Of a stretch of DNA of 64,000 bases, positions 45,401 through 58,800 are shown one piece after another; within the stretch, counting starts at the first letter, position 1; the number at the start of each line of letters is the position of its first letter. A model generated the notes under the pieces. It worked only from the letters and a program-made list of their open reading frames with translations. It searched no databases and had not been told where the DNA came from. The position numbers and the translations under genes are program-made. This DNA is from Lama guanicoe (lineage: Eukaryota), in NCBI GenBank assembly GCA_013239625.1, contig MU054925.1, positions 1,000,829 to 1,064,828 of the forward strand, written 5' to 3'.

Positions 45401-47925
45401 AGGTGTGGGCCCAGGGTAGCTAGTCCATGAGGGTCTGGCACCATGCGGAGGAACTACTGGGCTAAGGTCTGCTCTATACAGAACAGGGTGTCTGGGAAAG
45501 TGCCCAGTCCCTGGGTATAACAGTATAGGGAGACGGCAGAGCCTAGAAGCTGAGGAGGGAGGGGTACGTATGTGTGGTTACGTGAGTACCTTTGTACATA
45601 TCAGCTTACGACAAGAGTCCATGCTGTACCCTCTGGAGGTGGGCAGACGGCCCACCATAATGAGAGTTGCCCTTTCTCAGAGGTGGAAAGGCAGGGAGGC
45701 AGCCAGGCCTGTGACACACTCTTTTCCCTTGGCAGAAAGTTGGGTTTCTGCCTCCTGCGGGGAAGGAGCAGACAGTATCCTGGGTGTCCCTGGAGGAGGC
45801 CGAGCCCATTCCTGACATCTCCTGGAGCATCCGGGTACTACAGCCACCCCCAGAGCAAGAGCATGTGCAGTATGGTGAGCTGGGCCAAGGGCTGAGGGAC
45901 ACCTTCTCTTGAGTTCCCCAGCATATAGGGTCTGTGGTCACCTTTCTCACCTCCTGTCTCACATTTTGGGGTCTCTTGAGATTATCTCCAAGAGGCTTTC
46001 TGTTCCTCTTGTGGTCAGTCATGGGGAGCAGTGTCTGGGCATCATCAGACCAAATCATCTGTGGTGGGATAATGAAGCCCAAATAACAGTCCTATACAAG
46101 GTCTCTGTGACCACACGCTACCAGGATGTTGTCCCTGCAGACAGTGAGACTCCCTGACTAGGGCAGAAGGAGCATGAGCCTCTTGGGGTCCATGTGTCAC
46201 AGTGTGGGCTACCTTGGCCAGGCCTCTTGTTTCAGAGGTCAGCCCCAGACCTGGATCTACAGCTGAGGCCTTGGCTCGGGAAGCCCCTGGGGATTAGCAC
46301 CGGCCCTGCTGATTGCCTTTCTCCCTGCAGCTGGCCTTGACTTTGAAGCGATCCTTCTGCAGCCCAGCGATCCTCCAGATAAGACCCAGGTGCCCATGGT
46401 GGTCATGCCCCACGGTAGGCAACTGGCTTGAGAGTCCCTGCCTTCCCACCACCCCTCCTATCTGGCTCTTTCACCCTCTCTCTGCTCCCTGTCTGCAGGG
46501 GGACCCCATTCATCCTTTGTCACTGCCTGGATGCTGTTCCCAGCCATGCTTTGCAAGATGGGCTTTGCAGTACTGCTGGGTGAGTGAGCAGGGCCCACAG
46601 CTCTGGTAGGGATGTCGGGTATCAATGGAGTGGATCTGGTTTGTACCACCCTAGTCTCCAGGCCTCTCTGTAGTCTGGACCTGGTAACCACTATCCGAAA
46701 CTGCCCTCGCCCAGCCTCTGGCTCCATGGCATGGTGATAACATGGGCTAAATCAAGACTTCCATGGGAAGGGTGCTGTAGTCACTGGGCTTTCTCAGATT
46801 TCTTAGCCCCTTCCCCTTGAGTCTGTGGTGGCAGCTGGCCTTAAGGCCTACTTCACATATGGGTGAAAGGGTATCCGGGGAGCTAGGAATGCCACTTGAC
46901 TACTCTGTCTGGTCCCTCCCTGGCCTCCAGTGAACTATCGTGGCTCCACGGGCTTTGGCCAGGACAGCATCTTCTCCCTCCCCGGCAATGTGGGCCACCA
47001 GGATGTGAAGGACGTCCAGGTAGCAGGGGCTGGGGCTTCTGGACAGGTTGGAGGGTAGGTTCTTGGGGGTGTGCCTTCATCCTGCTGAGCAGGCAGCCGG
47101 CTGCAGCATGATCTGCCCCACCCTGTAGTTTGCAGTAGAGCAGGTGCTCCGGGAGGAACACTTTGACGCAGGCCGTGTGGCCCTTATGGGTGGTTCCCAT
47201 GGTGGCTTCCTCTCCTGCCACCTGATTGGTCAGTACCCAGAGACCTACGGCGCCTGTGTGGTGCGGAACCCTGTGATCAACATTGCCTCCATGATGGGCT
47301 CTACTGACATCCCTGACTGGTGGGTGTGCCCACAGGTCCCTGCCCTTCTCCCCTCTACCCCATACCCTCATGGAGCTCCCATAGGCCCCAGAACTCCAGG
47401 AGCTGCTTCAGCTCAGTCTCTTGCAGGTGCGTGGTGGAGTCTGGCTTCCCCTACAGTAGCGACTGTCTGCCAGACCTCAGCCTGTGGGCTGACATGCTGG
47501 ACAGGTCGCCCATCAAGTACACCTCTCAGGTACACAGCCCTCCCCCTGCCCGCTGTGCTGCCAGTGTGTCCAGGGCCCCAGACCCTGCTTACAACGACTC
47601 CCCACACATCCAGGTGAAGACTCCACTGTTACTGATGCTGGGCCAGGAGGACAGGCGTGTGCCCTTCAAACAGGGCATGGAGTATTACCGTGCCCTCAAG
47701 GCCCGGAACGTGCCAGTTCGGTGAGTGTGGCACACATCTGGCGACAGCCCTGGGAGCTGGTGAGCAGGTGAGCAGGGGAGGATCCTCCAACCTCAAACAT
47801 CGCTGCCCGATCCTTGCAGGCTCCTGCTCTATCCCAAAAGCACCCATACACTGTCAGAGGTGGAAGTGGAATCAGACAGCTTCATGAATGCTGTGCTTTG
47901 GCTGTGCACACACTTGGGCAACTGA
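39156..47925 (+). CDS. APEH: Acylamino-acid-releasing enzyme (acylpeptide hydrolase, peptidase S9C), complete 22-exon gene
   Basis: [17 protein letters not shown]... Exons: 39156-39167, 39243-39375, 39879-~40005 (end in N-run), 40386-40479, 40576-40651, 40741-40904, 41079-41216, 41313-41404, 41488-41528, 41613-41734, 42267-42327, 43628-43725, 44367-44418, 45195-45283, 45736-45874, 46331-46414, 46499-46579, 46931-47019, 47129-47319, 47427-47529, 47614-47720, 47820-47925. Catalytic triad intact: GGSHGG (Ser 47195-47197), [12 protein letters not shown]. Confidence 0.97.
42621..42733 (-). mobile_element. 5'-truncated cetartiodactyl-type L1 3' end with 11-bp TSD
   Basis: poly(T), then tttattgtggtacagttg..tcagatgtacagcaaagtgattca.ttatacatata; TSD agatatttctt at 42610-42620 and 42734-42744. 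Confidence 0.75.
43080..43235 (+). mobile_element. MIR SINE
   Basis: gacctgg.ctgaatctcagctctgcc.ctt..tagctgtgtg.ccttgg.ca core. Confidence 0.75.
47129..47319 (+). CDS. APEH: APEH exon 19 containing the catalytic serine (GGSHGG)
   Basis: ctgtag|TTTGCA ... GACTG|gtgggt. Confidence 0.95.
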
Positions 47926-48068
47926 AACCCTACCTCTCTGCATGAGCCGGCTGGCATAAGCCGCACTTGGCTCTTGGAGAGCCCCAGGGTCTAGCAGAGA
48001 GGTGAAAGGCATCCTGGGCTCTGGACTCCATGGATGGGTGAGCCGAGGAATGTGGACTATATACTCAT

Positions 48069-48074
48069 AATAAA
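48069..48074 (+). terminator. APEH: APEH polyadenylation signal AATAAA
   Basis: AATAAA 144 nt after the TGA, with a GT-rich element downstream (gtctggttcctgctggt). Confidence 0.85.
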
Positions 48075-48522
48075 TGAGGACACAGAGTCTGGTTCCTGCT
48101 GGTACTTTGTACCAAGCCACCCGTAACCCCAGCCCCACCCTTGGGGTTCAGAGGCCGTAGGCCCTGGGTGTGGCAGCCATAAGGACGGCATCTACTGCCA
48201 ATGTGAGGGGGCAGGGGATAATGAGAGACTGAACCGCTGCCTGTCCTGGACACGTGGGACTCCACCAGGCTAGCTCCCTCTGCTGCAGCCCCTTCTGTTA
48301 GAAACTGCCCTACACCATCCTTCCCCTCCCAAGTTTATCTGGGGGACCAGTGAGGCCCTGCTTTCCACAGCACCTACAGGCTAAGGTAGCCCTCGGGTCA
48401 GATCGCCCAGCCCAGGGTGTGCTGGACTCGAGCCACCCAGGCCCTAATGAGGTGTTGCCAATTCATGCCCTAGAAGCAGAGGCTAAGAAGCACCCTTCAG
48501 AGGCATAAGGAAGAAAGGTGGC

Positions 48523-48528
48523 TTTATG
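48523..48528 (-). terminator. MST1: MST1 variant polyadenylation signal CATAAA
   Basis: Only hexamer-like signal ~50 nt after the TAG on the minus strand. Confidence 0.6.
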
Positions 48529-48578
48529 TCTGACAGATAGCTTCATCCTCCCCAAGGCACACAGGATTGAGGCTGGGC

Positions 48579-53168
<4,590 letters not shown>

Positions 53169-53240
53169 CCTCCTGGCTGGAGGCTGCACTGTGACCCACT
53201 ACAGCCCTATCCGGGAAGTTGTGAAACCTGTCCCTAGGGG

Positions 53241-53300
53241 ATTGGGTGGCTCTGGCTCCACACCTCTACTCTAGGCCTGCTGGGGCCTGACCTGAGACCC
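53241..53300 (-). promoter_or_regulatory. MST1: MST1 proximal promoter: DR1 (HNF4-type) element and CCAAT box
   Basis: Minus strand GGGTCT-C-AGGTCA at 53300-53288 (-120 to -132 from the ATG) and CCAAT at 53245-53241. HNF4 is an established driver of liver-specific HGFL expression. Confidence 0.6.
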
Positions 53301-53869
53301 AGTGGCAGGAATGGGGGTGGGGCCAACGTCAGGGCCCCTAGGTGAGGTGGCAAGGGTCTTCACTTTGGCACAGTTAGCCCCTATGAGGCCTCTCTGTGTA
53401 GTGGACAGTGTTGGAAAGGTTCAGTGGGGGCACATGAGGTGCCCTGGAGTGGGAGTGGAGCCCCCCTGCAGCCTAGGCTTCTCTGAAGGGAAGGACAGCG
53501 TGGACATGGTTGCTGCCAGAGGCAGTGATATTAAAGTTGCCCGAGCCTCAGCTTTCCCCTGTAAAGTGGAGAACGTTCCCTGCTCCAGCCCCAAAACAGC
53601 CTGCCCCTTTTGCTGGAGGCAGGTCTGTCCACGCCCCAGATAGAGGGCCCCCCTCGCCCCGCCAGAGGTGCCATCCCAGGGAAGGTGAGCGAGGCCACCC
53701 GTCAGGCCTGAATGGAGGTGAGGGTGACTGGGAGCAGGGACCCCGCGAGGAGCCGCCTTTCCGACATCCTAGGGGACCTCTGCGTGGGGCCTGCAAGTAG
53801 CTGGTAGGAGTTGAAATAGGCAGCAAAGTCTCCCAGTCAGGACACAGTTGTGACACGGCTGTGCTAGGA

Positions 53870-54400
53870 GCTCCTCTGGCGCAGGCGGGGGTCGGAGGTG
53901 GTTGGGCAGTGGAGCGAGGCGGCCCCGGGAACATCCCGGAGGCCGCGGAGCTCCCCCGCCCCCCCCGCCCCGGCGCAGGCCGTGCGCAGGCTGTGCGCAG
54001 GCTAATGCGCTTGCGCGGCGGGCGCGCGGTTTGGCCCTGGACGGACACCGTAGCCGAGAGGCTGGGCGGATGTTGTGAGCCGGGACGCCGCGGCCGACAC
54101 GGGGTGAGTGAGGGGCGGCTGGGCTCCGGGAGGGGTGGGTCCCCGCGGCTCGCCTTGCGGCCTCGGCCTGTCTAGTGCGAGGGTGCTCGTCGCTCAGGGA
54201 GTCGCAGTCTAAAGTGCGAGACTCCGGGCTGGAGTTGTCCTGGAGGAGCCTCTAGAGCTTGGGGCCGGGCGGGGGCGACTTGGCAGAAACCAGCGCTGCC
54301 CTCACGTCCTTGGGTTCCGAGATGGGGTCGGTTCTGTTCTGAGCCCGGATCCCTCGGCGCGGCTGAATAGGATCGACGTGACAGGGAGCCCCCGAGCAAA
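53870..54400. promoter_or_regulatory. RNF123: RNF123 CpG-island promoter with GC boxes and NRF1-like motifs; non-coding exon 1 ends at 54103
   Basis: Dense CpG; CCCCGCCC boxes 53953-53971; TGCGCTTGCGC at 54006-54016; donor GGG|gtgagt at 54104. Confidence 0.8.
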
Positions 54401-54696
54401 GTCAAAATCTACCTCTCATCTGGGTCTTCAGCACCTGACACCCGGGGTGGATGGAAGGTTTACTCCTCAGATGAGCGACCACGTCTAATCTGTCCTGGAC
54501 CTGTTCTGGAGTGAGAGGGACAGCGATCATGGTTGCCTGCGGTGGGCGGTAGGGTGGGAAGTCACTTTCCCGAGGGGCAGGCGTGGTGCGGACCGTGAGT
54601 GAGCAAGGGTGTGTGGCGGGAGCACTGGACCTGTTTGGGGTGAGATAAGAGAAAAGAGTGCTGTCTAAGGTATTGCTCGAGGGCTAGGCTCTAAAC

Positions 54697-55075
54697 CAGC
54701 TGATAGAACTTTCTGTGATGATGGAAATGTTCTTTATGTTCGGTGTCTTGTCTCATAATCACTGGCCACAAAATCCGTGAAATGTGGTCAATATAATTGA
54801 GAAATTGATTTTTTTTTTGAGTAAAGGTAGGCTTATTTAGAGAGATACATACTCCATAGAGTGCAGGCTTTTTCAGAAGGGAAGAGAAAAGCCACGAGGT
54901 TTGGGGGTTAGGTGATTAGTTTAAAGTAAAAGTAGTTACACACTCCATAGACAGAGTGGGATCTGTTTCACTCAGATGGGAGAGTGCCTGAGAAATTGAT
55001 TTTTAAATTTTTAGAAATTTAATTCAAATTTAAGTAGCCACATGTGGCTAGTAACTACTGTGTTGTACAGCACAG
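54697..55075. mobile_element. MER3 (hAT-Charlie) DNA transposon, split by a later insertion
   Basis: atagaactttctgtgatgatggaaatgttct ... tagccacatgtggctagt..ctac.gt.ttg.acagcacag; 8-bp TSD-like ctctaaac / ctctagat. Confidence 0.85.
54814..54988 (-). mobile_element. Poly(A)-tailed retroposed insert resembling an ERV LTR R-region, with 16-bp TSD
   Basis: TSD tgagaaattgattttt at 54798-54813 and 54989-55004; L1-endonuclease TT/AAAA site; minus strand ends ctctctaaataagcctacctttactc-A(n). Confidence 0.75.
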
Positions 55076-55646
55076 CTCTAGATCTTTGAGGCTGGTACTA
55101 GCAATTTAGTGCAGCTTCTGAAGCAGCTGTAGCAACACCATGATATATAAGGAATGGACAGCAGTGGGAAGACCAGTGGAGTCTTTGAATGGGCAAGGGT
55201 GTTGCTGTGATGGGGTGGGAGACTGTAAGTGCAAACAGGAAAGCTAGCAGGCCTTTGGAATAGAGAAGGGGTGATCCTGGAACTGAGGAAGGGGGTCCTG
55301 GCCTTGGGTGTCAGCAGGACTTGTGGATGGAGATGGACAAGGCCTTGGACAGTGGACTTGGCTTGGTTTGGGTTCTCTCTTCCAGATATGGACCCAGTGT
55401 GGCTTACAACTGAGAAGGATACATGGGCTCTTCCCCTAGGCCACCTCACTTTAGACACTTTGATCTGATTTCCCACTGGGTTGAGGCATTTCATTTAGTT
55501 TAACAAACATATATCTGCCACCTGCTCTGTGTCAGGCCCTGTGTGAGCCCTGGGATGTGCTGGGGCCCTGTAACATGGGCCCAGAACCCCACTCACCCTC
55601 CCTGTGTAGGAAGCTGGAGGCCACTGCTTTCCTGTGCCCTGGGTTA

Positions 55647-55673
55647 GTGTGTGTGTGTGTGTGCGCGCATGCG
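55647..55673. repeat. (GT)8 followed by GCGCGCATGCGC, upstream of RNF123 exon 2
   Basis: Read directly. Confidence 0.8.
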
Positions 55674-55809
55674 CTGGCTTCACCTGCTCCCAAGCCTCCT
55701 GACACCCCAAGACTAAGGTCAGTGTGAGGGCCCTTGACCAGCTTTGAATAGACAGGTTTTGCCTCTGCTTCAGCCCCCAGGACCACTGGCTTCCCACAAG
55801 AGATGAAAG

Positions 55810-58800
55810 ATGGCATCCAAAGGGGCTAGCATGTCTTTTTCCCGCAAGAGCTACAGGCTGACCTCAGATGCGGAGAAATCCAGGGTCGCAGGTGAGGGGT
55901 TGCAGGACTGGGAGGAGGCTCCTTGTGTTGAGGGAAGAAGGAGGAAGAGACAGAGGTGGCAAGGGTCCCAGGTCCAGTGAGTCTCAGGCTTTGCTGCACC
56001 CCTCGTACTGTGAGCCAGCTCTTCCCTGACAGCAGCCGTGGAGCAGGGTACCCAATGTGACTGCTTCTCTGACCCCTGGACCTGGGACCAGGAGCCTCTG
56101 GGGCAACGAGAAGCTGAGAGCCACACTGACCATGTGTCCCTTCCCTCTCTTCTGATCTGTGGCCCAGGCATCGTGCATGAGAAGCTACTGAATGACTACC
56201 TGCAGCGCATCTTTTCCTGTCCTGATCGGGCACCCACGGCAGCCACCAGCAGGTATGGCCGGGGGGATTGCCCCTCCTCTCCCTGCGGGACCAGACCAGA
56301 GGCTGGGAGTGGCATTGTAGGGAAGGGGGCCTGGGCTCTGGGGAGGCTGGCTTGAGCTCTGTTCTCACTCTGCTACTCCTGGCGGTGACATCTGCGGCCA
56401 GAGAGTCTGCCTTCTGGACCCCACTTCTTCTTTTCCCCTGGCAGTGCTAGTACCTTCCTTCTGAGGATGGAGCAGAGGGTAGGGGCGTAGTGGTGTGCAC
56501 TCAGCACTCATCATAGCACTTCACACCTGAGTACTCCCCACTCAGCTTCTGGTCCAGTGTGCACCTGCCCTCACCTCTGCCCCACCCTGGCCCTCTGTAG
56601 CCTCTGCTTGGATCTGTGAAGCACAGACCCCACCAGCTTTTTTCCTTGCTTATGTAATATATTTAAGTTTAGCCTATGTCAAAGTTACAGGTGCACTTTA
56701 GCAGAAACTTAGAAACAGACAAAGAAGAAGCATCTGTCATCTTATGCTAACATGACCATTTGAGCGTGATTCCTTTCTGTTTCCTTTATATCAAGATGTA
56801 TGTCGTTTGGATTGTGCTGTGTGGAAAGTTTGTTAAAACTTTTTGTCAATTTCAGCTCCTTAAAACAAACTTTTATTGAGGAATATTTATACAGTAAACT
56901 ACATGTATTTAAAGTATACTATCCAGTAAGTTTTAATATGGATAACGTGTGAAATCATCACTGCCACAAATGTGTCCCATGAACGTGTCCCTCCAAAAAT
57001 ATTTAGGAAAGTCTTATCTTTGTTATCAGGTGGTGTTCAGAAAATTATAGATTTTCTGTATTACAGTGGCTGGGGCAAGTGGGCATCTTTTAGGGCCTGG
57101 AGTCTGCCGTATCCCTGAGCACTGTCCTGGTTTGGAGGAGCTTTTGTTTTTATGAACAATGCTGTTTGGATGCCCAGGGTTGGAATCATGTGGCTGGAGT
57201 ATCTGAACTGCAATCACTCTTTAGACTGTTGCTGAATTACTTCTCCAGTGGGACCTGTACATTCTTCCTCCCTGCAGTGAGGCATGGGGGTCTCTATAGT
57301 TCAGCCCCCTTGCCAGCCAGGGCTGGTCTGTCACAACCTCTGCCCGCTGGGTGTCGCAACAAAGGGCTGCATTGTTGCCTGTTCCATTTAAGCAGCTGTG
57401 ACGGCCAAGGGTTTCTGCTTGTTCAGGGCTGCTACCCACCTCCGCCACAACCCTAGTCCTGGCCTGTTCCCAGGGCCATCTGATCCCTACCTCATGTGAT
57501 ACCAGAAGCCATCCTGCTGCCGCTGGGGCCGTGGCTGCCAGGAGGGAGAGCAGGTGGCAGAGCCATTAGTCAGGGTTGTGTGGATGCAGAGTCCTGGGCT
57601 GGAATCTAGGCAGTCCAGAAAGGGCAGGCGAGTGCTGGGGTTGGCCGAATGGGCAATGCTGCCGGCACCTAGTGAGGCTGAGTCTCAGGCTGGCCACCCA
57701 TAACTGCTCTTGAGAGCAGACGCAAGACTAGAGTAGCCCTTCCAAGTGTGGGCCTATAAGAAATACTGCTGAGGAAGCCTCCTTTATCTATGGACCCAGT
57801 AGGGTATTCAGAGATGAGGTTGGCTACAGCTTTCCATGCTGCTGGCCTGGCACCCATTTGCAAGCGTGCCCCCTGGCCTTGACCTGGGGCTCAGCAGGAG
57901 TCGGTGGGAGGCTTCATGTATGTCCACTTCTTGCAGCTCCAGGTCATTAGTAGCTCACGGCAGGGGAACATTTGGCCCCTGTGCCGGTTTGAAGCTAGCT
58001 TGCTAGAAAGTTGGGGCTTTGGCCCACCTACGCCCCCTTCCAGAGCCTACTCTGTAGGAGGATCACTGGGGTTGGAGCCGGGATTAGAGATGGAAGAATG
58101 GGTGCCAGCAGTCTGTGGACTGGATCCAGATGGACATCGGGCCTCTGCTCTTTGATCCCTGCTAGTTACTGACACCCAATTCCCTGCTATTCTTAGCAGC
58201 TGAACTCAGGACTGAGCTGGCCGACATTAGACAGAGCCTTTTTTCCTCCGGGCATGTGTGCTGGGAGGATAAGGGAGTCACTCAGACAGATTTTCCCAGC
58301 CCCTTTGGCTGGGGCAGGTGGCAGGCCGTGTGCTCTCCTCTCCTATAGAGATGAGTACAGGACCGAGCCAGCCAGCAGCTAAGAGGGCTGAGCTCTTCAT
58401 CCTCCCAGGACGTGTCTGGGTCAACACACAGGCTTCCCTGGCTGGGACCACACACCAGGGGTCAAGGACTGGACTGGTTGATCTTGGTACTGACCATCTT
58501 GGGCATCAGCACTTCTCCCAGCCTTCCTCGCCCACCTTCAAGAGTGGGCAGGTTATGGGCTACGCAGGGAGCATTATTCCTTGGAATCTTCATAGCACCT
58601 CTGACAGACAGCTGTTTTTCCATTTTTATAGATTAAGGGATTAAGCCTTAGAAAGGCACCCCGCCCCCCTTTTTTTAATAGTCCTGAAGTGCACCAAATT
58701 GGGTTGGTCATAATTTTTAATTTAGCAGATATTCCAGTCTTCTGACCCCCAGCATGCCAGAATCTGGGACTGGCACAACCCTTTTTCTGGGGTCTGGGTA

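Noticed and set aside
54428-54445. REST/NRSE site (TTCAGCACC); similar partial matches at ~32069 and ~33593
   Set aside because: Only the left half-site; the GGACAG right half is missing
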